DNA from: Vicugna vicugna
Lineage: Eukaryota
Assembly (NCBI GenBank): GCA_013265495.1
Contig: MU061578.1
Location: forward strand, 815,308-879,307
DNA: 64,000 nucleotides
Reading direction: 5' to 3'
Under the pieces are notes generated by a model. That model was not told the DNA's origin. It saw only the letters and a program-made list of their open reading frames with translations, and did no database searches. Position 1 is the first letter of the stretch, and each line of letters starts with the position of its first letter. A program made the translations under genes and the position numbers. Shown piece by piece: positions 39,301 to 52,566 of this stretch.

Positions 39301-41552
39301 CCGGGTCAGAACTGAAATGGGAACTCTGAGGTTCTTCACTGCTTCTCCTGGTAACACCTAAAGGTATTTATTTACCTTGAGCCATTTTTCTCTGACCTGC
39401 TACGAGAGCCTTCAGTTCTACCAGAATCCAAGCCGAAGCCCCAGTTCTAGAAAGGGACATTAGGCACATGGGTCTCTGACGCTCACAGCTTCGCCCACTC
39501 CGCTCAGCATTATCGTAAGTAGGGCTCCATTGTGCCTTCTGGCCCAGCAGGGCTGGGTGCTGGATGGGGAGTAGGGGCTTTGGAACAGCAAAATGGCCCC
39601 GGAATTGGGTATCGAAGACTTTTAATTCATCCTGAAAGCCACAGACCATTTATTTTAAAGCATATACTGGAGGCAAAGGCATAATACTCGTCCTCACGAG
39701 GGAACAAGAGGCAGTCCCTGTGTCCTTAAAGTAAATGTGAACCTTAGGAAAACAGAACAGGTATTGACAGAACGGCTCAGCCACACTGTCATCTGAAAAG
39801 ACAATTTTGAAGCCACTGAAACATGTTATTGGAGTTTGCTCAAGGCGCTGGTCTCAAATAAGAGCAAGCGCTAAGCTTGTAATATTGCCCATGCTTGGGT
39901 CTGCTGGGGCCCTCCCCGGGGTGAAATGAGGAATTCCCAAGCAAAGCATCCTTTTCTGCCATGGCAACGAAGGCAGAGAAGAGCCCAGCGTGTGTGCCTG
40001 GGCATGCCTGGGGGTGCCTTCTGGACTTGGAGCCCTTAAGACTTCTGGTCTTGAGTCTGACAACCTGGTTTTGAGCTCTGATCCCTACCTGTTAGCTACC
40101 ATGGCCTTCAGGAAGTTCCTTGCCTGCAACGTGGGGCGGATAATGCCTTGTACTCACTTTTTTAGTTTTTTTATGTTTTCTTTCTTTTTTTGTTTTAGTG
40201 ATGGAGAGTCAAGGTGACTTGAGATGGTACATGCAAAGTGATTACAACACAGCCTGACACTCAGTGAGCAAAACCTGTTTTTGTATTTCTGAGACTGTTA
40301 CTCCCTGCTTCCTGATTGGACGTTGCTCCTATCCTATTTTTTTTAGACAGGCATCCCTCAGTGATTTCACCAAACTTGAAATGTGAACAGAGGATGCCAG
40401 AGCCACCTGACAAGGAGAGGCTCTCTCTCGGCCTTCTACAATTCATCTCCGATGACTACGTAGAAGGGAGGAGGCAGAACGTGTGGAGAATGACAGAAGC
40501 GCAGTGGAGGAATGTGAGAGCAGAGAGGTCAAGTGGCCAGCCCGAGAGCCTTCAGCTTGGAGCAGAGGCACAACCCTTGACAAATCCAGATTCCAGTTCT
40601 TAACTGACCTGCCTGTCTAAACTGGAGAGCAGGCTGAAGACACCAGCCTTGCGGGGGACTCTAGGTCACTCCCTCTGGTCCCAGGTCAGCCATCCCTGAG
40701 CTGCTGGCCCGGGGACCTTGTAGGGGACGCCCTGGAGGCTGGGGAAAGTCTAGACTGCGACATCAGACACACCTGGTGAGGAGCTCTACTCTGCGATCAC
40801 AACTCCTCCACACTCAGGACATCTAGAACGTCTTGGCCCTCAATGTAAAATGGGGAAGTGCTAACATCATGTAAAAAGTGTGATGTGAGGGATGAAAGGG
40901 TGCCGAGCAGGGTCTGTGACCACAGCAGGCCCCAGTCCATGGCGGCACACCTTTCCTATTCTTCTCCCTGGTACCAGATGGCTCTGGAGGGACTTCTCTT
41001 TGTTAGAGAGACGGGTACCCAGAGCCAAGCACACACAGTGGGAATGGCCATGAGCTGAGCAGGGTACCACTGGGCTGAGCAAGGCTGGGGACAGCAGGCT
41101 TTCTCAGGACTGTCTGTGGGCTACATGCGGGCTCTCTGGGGGGGAACCGCACAGTGTCTATGTTTAAACCCATGGACCTTCTAACCAATCACACACAGAC
41201 ACCAGAGGCGGACAGTGATATTTGTACCCAGCTGCTCACACTAGCCTGATGGGAAATAATGCAAAGCAAGATGAACCCCAGAAACAACCTAAACTCCATC
41301 AGTGGGATACCTCTGTATGTAAGGTAGCACACAGACATGAAAAAGAATGCACTGGATCCCAGAGTGTGACACAGAATGGTCTCCCAGATAGAAAAGGTGC
41401 CAAAGCCATGGCTTCATAGATTTTTAATTCTGTCCTTTGGACAGAAAGGAACTACTGAAAAGTTAGAGGATATAAAGATTGAATTAGAGACAGAGAAAGA
41501 TAAACTAGAGATGAGAGAGAGAGAGCGAGGGGGGGGGAATAGACAAGCAGGC

Positions 41553-41919
41553 TGCTATAAACTGAGTGTTTGTGTCTCCCCGAAATTCATATGTTGAAGT
41601 CCTAGTCCCCAAGGTGATGTTATTTGGAGGCGGGGGCTTTGGGAGATGATCGGGTCATGAGGATGGAGCCCTCACGAATGGGATTAGTGTCTTTATAAAA
41701 GAGACCCCAGAGAGCTCCCTCACCGCCTCCACCACGGGAGGACACAGGGAAAAGACAGTCAGTCTTCTGTGAAGGAAGTGGGTTCTCACCAAGCGCCACA
41801 TCTGCTGGTGCCACAGTCTTGCACTTCTCAGCCTCCAAACTGTGAGGAAGAATTATTGGTTGTTTCTAAGCCACCCAATATATAACATTTTTGTTGTAGC
41901 AGCCTGAACGGACTCGACA
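41553..41919 (+). mobile_element. MaLR solo LTR, MLT1A-like, with intact TSD
   Basis: tgctat...gaca termini with a perfect 5-bp TSD caggc (41548-41552 and 41920-41924). Confidence 0.92.
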
Positions 41920-44077
41920 CAGGCATATGCTTGCATTTGCATATAACATTTCTTGAAGGAAACGGAAGGAATTGATAACTCTTGTGTCTAAGAAGAATCT
42001 TAGCTTTCATTCTATATGCTTTGCTAGTGTGTGACTGTTTTAACCGCAAATATGAATTGTGGTAATAATTATAATAATAACAATGGCTAGTTAACAATAA
42101 GGAATGCATTGAGAAGTTTTCCCCACACCTTAGCTACGTAATCGGCTTCCTAAACAGAGCCAGTATATAAACGGTTAAGAACCGGAAGTTATCACCAAAC
42201 CACATCTCCTCTTCTTAAAGGTATTAAGGAAAACTGGAGACACAGTGAGTGCTCCAGTTGAAATCAGCTGAGGATCAGGAAGAACGTGGCTCCATAAACA
42301 GCTCCTCTCTCTGTCAACAGAGCCCAGAGCTCAGCCACCAAACTCTAGGACCCACGTTCTTTCCCCATCAGATCCCAGAGCTGGTGGGAGACTTCTAGAC
42401 AGATGGCAGAGGTGTTAAAAATAGAAGTTAAGTTGCTATTGGAGATACATGGAGAATTCACCGCTTGCAAATCTCTAATTATAATATGTCAAGAGTAAAA
42501 TACCTTGTCAGGAGGGGTATCTAATAGAAGACAGCGTTGCCTCTGTCAGCACAGTGATCCATGATGTGTTTGGTGGCTTCACATTAAATAGACATTCAGC
42601 AGAAAGACGTCCTGCGGGGACTCATCTCAGCCCTCGGGGGATGGAGAGGATGGCCTGGGAAGTCTTCTCTTTCTGTCTGCACTTTCCTCGGCTCTGGCTG
42701 GGAGCTCTGGGTGAATCCTGCTTTCTTTTTACAGATTCTGCACTTTGTGTTAAATCATGTGCATATATTAGATGTTCTGGGAGCCTACCAGATGGATGGA
42801 TCTTTTCTCTTACCCAAAACGACTCAGTTTTTCAAAGAAGTGATGGCCCCTACAGGACCCTCAGATGGGCATGAAGCACTGTGCTGGTCTGTCAAAGGAC
42901 AGAGTTACTCCAGGTACAAGGCTGCCCTGTGGGGAATAACTTAGGTATTTAACATGGAGCCATGTGTCCTGGGGTTGCGAGAACCATGCGTCTGTCCCAC
43001 TCGGGGGTGAAGTGAAGAGCAGGTGCCCTCCGTAAGTGCACAAGGCTGCAGAGACAACTGGAAGAAACTTGCCATGGACTATGTTCTGCTTGGTCAGGTC
43101 AGGGAAGTCCAACACAAAAGCAGGTCATGGACAACAGAAACAGCTCCCCTTTTGGCCAAAGAGGGAAAAGCAGAGGCAGGTGATTATTTGTAGCTGCAAA
43201 CAAGATGGCCCCCTTTACGATGGCTGCACACCCCCCCAAACCAGCCAACTGTACACGTCCTAAGACTTCCTTTAGGATCAGCCACAAAGCCCACCTGCTT
43301 CACCTTATACTGACTGTCTTTCCTTGGAAGCTTTCTGTAGCAGGGTGGACCACTCAAACATTGCTGGAATACACAAAGTAGCCGGACCTCCAGCCCCACC
43401 ACAACGTCACCTCTTCGAACTCGGAAAGGCACCCCTCGTCATGTGCCCTAGACCCACTGCCTCTTTTCAGTTCTTTGACTAAGCCCAGGTCTTTCCACCC
43501 TCAGGACCTTTGACCTTGGTGTTCCATTTGCCTGGATGCTTTGTCTTTTCCTCTTAAATATCATGTCCTTGAAGAACTGTTCCCTGCGTAGACTACTAAT
43601 TTGCAGGCAGTTCTTCTACTCTTTTTTCATCCTCCCACACCACCTGTCTTCCTTAAAAGCATGTATCATAACGTGTGTTTATATGGCTATTTGATTGCTA
43701 TATGTTCACTCTCACACTAAGTTACAAGAGGAAAAGATCACCCTGTTTGGTTCATCCGCATCACCCAGGATGAGTCCTGATCATAACAGATGCTAATGCT
43801 TAATAAATATTTGTGAATGAATGACTGAATCTTCCACAGCAGTTTGCATGGTTGGCATGTGTTGAGACTTAATAAATGATGCCTGATTGGACTGTTTTTA
43901 GTCCTAAAACAACTTCCTCAAGCCCTACCACCACTGATTATCACAAAACAACCAACACAAATAAGCAGCCACCCCATCGCTGCCACCTGGTCGTCAACAC
44001 AACGATACATGCTTGCTGAATCAGCAATCCCACCTAATGAACCCATCCCTAAGTTACAGCAGCCAAAAAAGGACAGT

Positions 44078-44552
44078 AGCAGTGTTATTCACAACAGCCA
44101 AGAGGTAGAAGCAACTCAAATACCCATCAGCGGATGAATGGGTAAACAAAATGTGTCTATACATTCAGTGGAATGGTATCTGGCCGTTAAAAAAAGAATG
44201 AAGTCCTGATACATGCTACAACAGGGGTGAACCTTGAAAACATTCTGTTCAGTAAAAGAAGGCAAACACGAAAGGTCATATGTTGTGTGATTCTATTCTT
44301 TGAAAAACCCAGAATAGACAAATCCATCAAGAAAGAAAGCAGATTAGTGGTTCCCAAGGACTGGTGGGAGGGAGGAATGGAGAATGCCTGTCTAATGGAT
44401 ACTGGGTTTCCCTTTGGGGTGCTGAAAACACCTGGGACCCAGACAATGGTGATAACTGGGCAACACTGTGAAGGTGCTGAATGCCACTGGATGATGGTAT
44501 TCATTAAAATGGGAAATTTTATGTTATATGTATTTGGGCACAATAACAAAGG
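44078..44552 (+). mobile_element. L1MB-type 3' end
   Basis: ggatgaatgggtaaacaaaatg; tgatacatgctacaaca...aaccttgaaaacatt; aattttatgttatatgtattt. Confidence 0.88.
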
Positions 44553-45249
44553 AAGGAAAGGCAATAGAAGGATTTAAAATGTATATTATTAAAAAAATTC
44601 TCCAAACTTAACCTTCAAACACCGTGAGGTACCAGGTAGCAAAGTTAGTCAACAGTGACTTTCAGTGACAAGAAACACACCACGCTTCAAACCAATGAAC
44701 TGCTTCACAAATACTAGTTTTTCAGAGGCCTGAGATCGGGAGAAAGAGGCCCAACTGCCTTGTACCTACAAAATGCTCTGGACTTTGTAGCTTGAGTGCG
44801 CCCAGGCTTATAAAGAACTCTGCAGAACAGGATTTCCTAAATGTATACATACCTCTTGGGGTAGGCACGGTGCATGGTTATTTTAGGTGGTACACAAATG
44901 AACAGTGTGCAGTCTGAACCACTATTTTTGCTTAGGGTTACCGTTCATGAGCAGCCAGCAACACCAGTTCCCATTGATGGCAGTGAAAGTTTCTTTTCAG
45001 TTTGTTTGTGTGTTTTCAATCCATTTCATCCATTTGCATGCAATAAAATGGACTTTTTTTGGATGCATAGAGAGCTGTGTTACCTCCACCATCAAGATAC
45101 AGAACAGAGCAGTCCCACTGCCCTGCAAAATTCTCTCTTGCTGCTCCTTGGCAGCCCAGACCACCTGTACCCCAGGGAGCTCAGCCATAAAAAAGACACC
45201 AGAGTCACAAGCCACAACATAGGTGAGTCTCAAATGAATTAGGCTAAGA

Positions 45250-45447
45250 TAAGGAGGGCTGGGTTGGCAAGGAGGAGTAGCTACAAATGGACAGATTTGC
45301 TCTGGGGGTGCTGGAAATATTCCTAAAACAGAATCTGGCAATGGCCGCACAATCCTGTACATACACTAATAACCTGTGAATTGTACACCTAAAACAGGTG
45401 AATTTTACTGTATGTAAATTGTATCTCCCTCCAACCATTAAAAAAGA
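45250..45447 (+). mobile_element. L1M 3' terminal fragment
   Basis: gaattgtacacctaaaacaggtgaattttactgtatgtaaattgtatctc followed by an A tail. Confidence 0.8.
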
Positions 45448-45467
45448 TGACAGAGTGTATGCTTTCA

Positions 45468-46151
<684 letters not shown>

Positions 46152-46363
46152 TTATTTCGCTCCCATTTTGGAACGTGTGCGCTTGTAGTTGTCTCTGGTT
46201 GACAGCACAGCCTTGATTTGATACTTAAAATGCCAAGAGAGATTAAATTGAACGTGTGTGTTCTTGAGAGGAGAGACAATTCATGTAAGCATTTGAATTT
46301 AATCAAAATTTTATGTGATTTGGCTCATGTAATGGGAAGAGGGCGGTGGTCCTTTCAATGGTC

Positions 46364-46367
<4 letters not shown>

Positions 46368-46397
<30 letters not shown>
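46368..46397. repeat. (TG)n microsatellite
   Basis: Read directly from the sequence. Confidence 0.95.
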
Positions 46398-46399
<2 letters not shown>

Positions 46400-46841
46400 A
46401 TGTTCTCCGTGCCACTGTGAAGCAGCTAATGAAAATTCAAGGCCTAATTTGGACAAAGATGGCCTTCTGTGATAGTCCCATTTTAAGTATCTCTGCAAAA
46501 TGCTGGACTTAACTCTTAGCCTCATTAATCAATGCCCCCCCCCATTCCCTGACTTATTTTTTATAAGCAGAGTATTATATAACAATTCGCCCTTCAGATC
46601 TAGGCAAAACATGCAGCGTGATAATTACAGTCAAGTCAAAAGAATAAAAAAAAAATTCAAATGCTTCCATTTCAGGAACCATCTCTCTCTCTCCAGCCCA
46701 ACTTCCACCCCTATAACCCTACTACCCTATCCTACACACACTCACACACGCACACACGCACACGCACTCGTGCAAGACATCAGAGACTGTAACCCAGAGG
46801 TCTAAATTTTCCATGGTCTTAAGAAATGGGGTTGCACACTT

Positions 46842-46892
46842 GGAGAGAGAGAGAAAGAGAGAGAGGGAGAGAGAGAGAGAGAGAGAGAGAGA
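46842..46892. repeat. Imperfect (GA)n microsatellite
   Basis: Read directly from the sequence. Confidence 0.95.
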
Positions 46893-47479
46893 AAGCTTAG
46901 CAATTAAGCGCACCAAATAGCTACTTCTCCCATTGTCTGTGGTCAATTAGATGTGACTTCAGCCCTCCGATGATGATACCAGGGCAAAAATGTCAGAACT
47001 GCTCACATCTCCCCAGTCCCTGCCACCGACATTTGAGAGCCTCTTCAGCAAAGGCAACTGGAGTGCAGCAAAAAAAAACCCCATGATGACAGAGAGGGAA
47101 AAAGAAGTTTATTCTCAGAGCAGCACACGGCGCTGGTGCATTTGTTTAGAAGGAACCTTAATTAGAATGTTAAAGATGACACTTGGAAGAGAACGATGCT
47201 CAGGATAAGTTTAAAACATTTTACAAGTGCAAACACTCCCATCAGGCCCTTTCCTCCTCCAGACTAATTTCTCCAAATGTCTGTGCCATGGGAAGCAAAA
47301 AGGCACAGCCATTTCGTTCTTGGCAACATGTTTTCATAGCACTTGGGGCTGTGAGGGTCTGTCTGTGCTGTGCGGTTGGATCGCTCTATGTGCAAAGTTA
47401 ACCCTGTCCGTCCTTGGGAAACCACAGAGGTCATTTATCCTCATGGCCACTCTCTGGTCACACCTCTTCCAAGATGATG

Positions 47480-48013
47480 CTCAGTTTCCTTTTAGGGGAC
47501 ACTTCCACCCTCAGCCCGTGTAGTGCAGGTGTGGGTGAGCCCCACCTCTGGTTACCTCTCCATGTGGTCACATGACCCAGCCCGGCTAACCAGAGGCTCC
47601 CACCTCACAATCGCAGGGATCTGGGCTCCTGCCCCACCTTTCTGAGCGAGGCCGGTTAGTGAGCTAACCCCTAGCAACTCCAGTGAGGCTTCATCCTGCT
47701 ACTTTGCTGGATTTGGGGGAGGAAGTTCTTTTACTACTATGATGGGCAGCTGGAAAAATAATGTAAGCCTGGGGCTGCCAAGAACTGCCTCTTGAAGAGG
47801 CCCTCCCTAAAGCAGAAGCCGACTTAGAGGAAAACGGAGCCCAGAAACGGAGAAATAGATCAACTGAGCCCCGGTGACATCCTGTGAAGTCTTGGATCCA
47901 GCCTTATCTGTACTTAGTACCGCTGCTGTTTCTTTAAGCTATGTGAGTCAGTAAATGTCTTCTTTTGCTTAAGATTTTCCGTGCCTTGCAACCAAAAAGG
48001 TCTTGACCAATAC
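47480..48013 (+). mobile_element. Old MaLR LTR, MLT1J/K-like
   Basis: ggtcacatgacccag; atgtaagcctggggctgcc; tggatccagcc; ttgcaaccaaaaaggtcttgaccaataca terminus. Confidence 0.7.
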
Positions 48014-48961
48014 AAAAAAAAAAAAAAAAATCCTCTACTGTGAGGATCAACTAGCATCCTTCCCTTCTTCAGGGCTGTTCAAGGAACACGTCCTTGTCGA
48101 CAGAAATTCCATACGGATGCCACTTTTTTTTTTTTTTTCTGGTTGACAAGAAGCTTTAGAAACTTTGGGACCTTGAGAACCCTCCAAAGAGAAATTCATT
48201 GTGCTAAATTCCACTTCTGCCCAATGGTCTGTTTCAGCATCCCCGACCTTCCACTTAGCTCACCTCTGCTTTGCAAGAGAGACCCACGAAAACCCTAGGC
48301 GGGGCCTCCTGGGGCAGCCCCTCCCAGGAGCGCTGGTAGAGACTGACGGTCGTAAAAGCAAAGGTTTCCTTCCTCCACCTTCAGCAGGAACACTTTCCCG
48401 GGGAACGTGCATGCCCATGTGGCCTCTCCTCATTGCAGAGCAGTCTCAGAAAGTGTGATCCAGTCCCACAAGCTCCCACTAAACATCAAGGGCCCTTTGC
48501 TAGGACCTGATCTCTCTCTGCACCGGAGCGGGAAGGGCCTGCCCTCAGGAGGCTTATGGCCACTCCAGCCTCGCAGGACCGTCGCATCTTCCCATTCACT
48601 ACCTCCTCTGCTTGGGAGTTCCCTACTCCCCGGCTCCCTGGCCTGGCTAGTCTCAACTTCTTCTTGAGGTCCCAGATCGAGAGTCCCCTCCCCCTACAAG
48701 TCTCCCTTGACACTTAAGCCACATGGGCTGCCTGCTCTCTAGACCCCGCTGCAGCGGTAACTCCAGGTACCAGCACTGCCTGTGAGCACCCTGGGGGCAA
48801 GGGACTTGCTGCGTCCTCTGTCCCGTCTCCAGGGTCCAGCAGCAGGCTGGCTGCAGGGCTGGCCTTCTCCAGTGTTTGTTAAGTGAATGCACGCTCGACT
48901 AGTGAACTCGGGGCTCTGGCAAGCTTCCAAGTGGCAACAGGAGATAGGTGGGGGCTGGGGG

Positions 48962-49128
48962 GAGGGCTGGCCAATGACCGTGGAAGAAATCTGACCCACA
49001 GCTTCCTTTTTGTAAATAAAGTTCTGTTGGGCCCCAATCCCGCTCACTGGGCTCCAGGCACGTATGACTCATCCAGCCTCAAGGATTGAACTATCTGGCC
49101 CTTTGCAGAAAGAGTTTTCTCATCGCTG
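48962..49128 (-). mobile_element. MER58A fragment
   Basis: tttttgtaaataaagttctgttgg; actatctggccctttgcagaaagagttt. Confidence 0.7.
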
Positions 49129-49549
49129 GGGCAGGGTTAGCATTTAATACAGAGACATCCACTAAGACACTGTTGTTGTACAAATAGTCTGGGCAGGAAA
49201 TACAGCTGGCCGTGAAGCGGGAAGAGAGAGAAAGGGGGTGCCTTCTATCTAAACCAAGGAGCGGCTGGCTCAGCTTGACTTGGAGACCAGCAGCATTGAG
49301 GGCGCAAGAAGGGAGTGGCAGGGCCATCTTCAGGGTGTGCCTCTTGTCACCGGGTCGCTGCGTTGTAAATACACGTGCTGCAGGCTCGGCATTCGGGGGC
49401 TCGTGGGAAGACCTAGGATGGCTTCAGGCTTCTGTGCTCCGTCTGAAACCCATCCTCTTCCCCAGGCCAGAGCTCAGAGTTCAAACTGAATGCCACTGCC
49501 CCTTGCTTCAGACCTAGTGGCTCTAGGCAATGTGCTGGGTGCTTTGCAT

Positions 49550-49745
49550 CGGGAGTCCTCAAGCAGGGGTGACGGTTCCTCAGGAGACATCATAGGGACA
49601 TTTTTGTTTGTCACAACTGTGGAGGAAAGGGTCACACCGGCATCCAGTGGGTGGAGGCCAGGGACGTTGCGAAACACACAACGCACAGCACAGCCCCCAC
49701 CCCCAACCAAGGACTTTTCTGGCCCCAGATGTTAATAGCGCCCGG
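49550..49745 (+). mobile_element. MER20
   Basis: gacatttttgtttgtcacaactg...ggcatccagtgggtggaggccagggacgttgc. Confidence 0.85.
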
Positions 49746-52344
49746 CTCTAGGCTCTGCTTTGCATGCACGGCGTCTCTAATCCCACTTCATTTTGTTGCA
49801 GAGGATGCTGCAGCCCAGAGCTGCTAAATAATCCTGCAAAGGTGCCGCCACAGGTACCTCTTGGGGAAGCCAAGAGCTGAACCAGAGCCTGTGTTTAATC
49901 CGTGCCAAGGGGGCTGTCTCCTCTGGCCAGAGAATTACCTGGTAGGGAAATGCCTTCCCAATTTTAAATAAAGAAACCGCTATCCATCACATATACCGTG
50001 ACTCCAAGATCTATTTTCTACCTGGTGGCACGTTACACCCCATGGGGAGGTGTTGGGGTATTTGATTCAAAGAGGCCAGTGTTCCACTAGCCGGATGAGG
50101 GATGACCCTTGGCGAGGGCTAGAATAGCAGCCTGAGAAACTCCGGCCACCTCAAGCTCAAAGCCTGGCTTGCAAAGCCCCTGAGGCTACCCTAAGAAAAG
50201 CAATCACCAAGCACCAAGTACCACTGGAGCCCAGAAAACCCACCAGCCTCTACTAGAGCTCTTGCCGTACTGGCAAACCCAGGGCACCGAGCTCCAGAGA
50301 TGGTGCCCGTGTAGCTGAGGAACCTACAGGTAGCATTCAAGTCCACGGAGCTGGGGACGCTCTCCTGTGCCTGGAGTTCTCCAACAGATGTTGGTGGGAC
50401 CCCCCGCAGTTACTTATTAACTCTGACAGCCATTCCAGAGAGACCCTAATTAATACTCCCAACATTTGCACTTTGGGCTAATTACAGCTAATATTTAATT
50501 AAGATCATCGTACTTCCTATGGAATTATTTTTCACCTTCAAATGGCTTCGGGATGTCTTTCTTTCCTCCCTAGTGAGGTTCCTGGATTCTTAGCTTGGCT
50601 GAAATGGATTTTTCTGGAAAAAAAACATATTCCCATGAAGGGCACTTTTTCACTCCAGGTCAAGGCAAATCTTGGGCACGTGAACAGGCTCCTGGTGGAA
50701 AGCTGAAGCCAATTTCACATCGGTGACGGTGACAGGCAACAGTTACTTGGCACATTCTGGCCAGACATTCCCTCATTTTCAGAAGCTGCCCTCTTTCTTC
50801 TGCTCCAATGCCAAACCCCTACTTTCCCCTGAATATGTGGAATGATCAGAGTCTGATTTTACTGAGTCAGGGTGCTTGTGGGTGTTCCGAGTTGATGGGG
50901 ATGGTGGCTCTGCTTTGCACATATCCCCACAACATTAAGGGAGTGCTTCAAGTGATTTTTGCAAACCCAGCATCTAATTTTCAGTGCCTCGACTTTCCTA
51001 GGTTGCTGTCAAAGACACGCAAGGGGGGGCAAGAAAGCCAAGACCTCATGTTTTTAAGACCCACCACTGCTGCTGCAGAACTAGGTAGATGCTCAAAATA
51101 AAGAATATCAACTAAGGTAAAAGGAAGAGAAACTTCTTTGTCCTCACACACCAGACCTGCATTAGGACAGCAACCCGACAACAGCCAGATGACGTGGGAC
51201 CCCCTCATTACCCGAGACGCCCCACGGGGTGGCTTACACTCCAGTTACAGAGAGCAAGAGGATTATTAAAATGCAACCAAGTCTGATTCACCAAAGCAAA
51301 AAAAAAATGCCATTTCAATTTAAATATTTTACTGAAGCATGAAATAGCCAGGATATTATTGCTATTTTAAGACAAATATCGTAATCTGACCATTAGCTTA
51401 GTATGTCGACTCTGCTGTGTGCAGGCACTGGGAGAGACGCTCCTCAAACACGAGGAGCCTTTCCTTGGTCACCGAAACGTCCCGCACCCCTAATTTTCTC
51501 AGGAGGCAGAGTCGGAGAGAAAAAGAGAGGTTTTTGTCCTGGTTGTTGTTTGTTTAGACATCTCCCTTCTCTCATGCACGGCCCTGAGTGGTTTAATAAA
51601 GTAGTTTCGGGAAACTAATAAACGAACCAAGAGTGGCAGCCCATCAGACTTTGCAAAATATCTTGGCTCCAAATCTAATGCAAACCACATTTCAACTGAA
51701 GAAAACAGTCCTTACGTGGCAGAGCACGAAACGGATATATTCTTTCACTGTTAACTGTCTGACTTTCACTGAGGGGAAAAAGTGCCTGCCAAGGTGGACA
51801 GTGGACTTCAAAGTAAATATTTCTCTCTCTCTCTGTGTGTTTTCCCAGCTCTAACAGTCAAACTTCCCCAGCATTCTCTCTCCTTTTGCTTCTGCAAATT
51901 ATTTGTCCCCGGTCAATTTCTTGCTCCCCCAAACCTCTTCTGGCCTAAACACACCCCTATAATGAAGAAATGCATGGGAGTTGTCCAGCCCTCGTAAACC
52001 AGCTGATGACATCTGTCCACACTGCCTAGAGCAGCAGCCTCCCCCACAGTGCCCCCCCACCCCATCCCAGCAACACGGACTCGCTGGTGGAAACTCTCCA
52101 TTCTCGGCTGCCTGCAGTTTTCTGTCTTACTGACAGTTTGGATACTTTAGTTCAGGAGCCTGGTCTGTTCTACTTCTCCGGCAAGAAATTGCACATATTC
52201 AGAGAAAGCCTCCCGTGCGGGACTGAAAAGAACCAACCTGCATCACGCCCCCAGGGGCACTGCAACAAAGAAGGGAAATGCAAAATTACACCATTAACCT
52301 GCGGGTTCTAAGACCAGCTCAGTTCGACACATCAAGCAGAAAAG

Positions 52345-52346
<2 letters not shown>

Positions 52347-52384
<38 letters not shown>
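52347..52384. repeat. (CA)19 microsatellite; (UG)19 in the pre-mRNA
   Basis: Read directly from the sequence. Confidence 0.95.
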
Positions 52385-52388
<4 letters not shown>

Positions 52389-52533
52389 GCTGAACGCTCC
52401 CCCACCCCCACCATGATTCAAGGAGCAGGATCCGCATCACAGAGAGAGAACAGAGACTTAACGCAAGGGAAGGCTTCGGCTTAATTCAAATCACAATTTC
52501 GCATGAAATAGAAAATGGGGAAAAAAAAAATAC

Positions 52534-52566
52534 CTGCTGCACCATCCTGCTGCCTTTCTCCTCCAT
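52534..52566 (-). CDS. RBFOX1: RBFOX1 alternative first coding exon, MEEKGSRMVQQ
   Basis: The minus strand reads ATG GAG GAG AAA GGC AGC AGG ATG GTG CAG CAG|gtattt. This phase-0 donor is compatible with the phase-0 acceptor at 45962. The joined peptide MEEKGSRMVQQGNQE parallels the RBFOX2 N-terminus MEKKKMVTQGNQE. Confidence 0.85.

Noticed and set aside
1..45400. Next RBFOX1 exon (QTDDAAPTDG...KRLHVSNIPFRFRDPDL) or any other protein-coding gene
   Set aside because: Not found by eye or in the ORF track, so it presumably lies beyond the window start. The many 60-140 aa ORFs lack recognisable domains and mostly overlap repeats.
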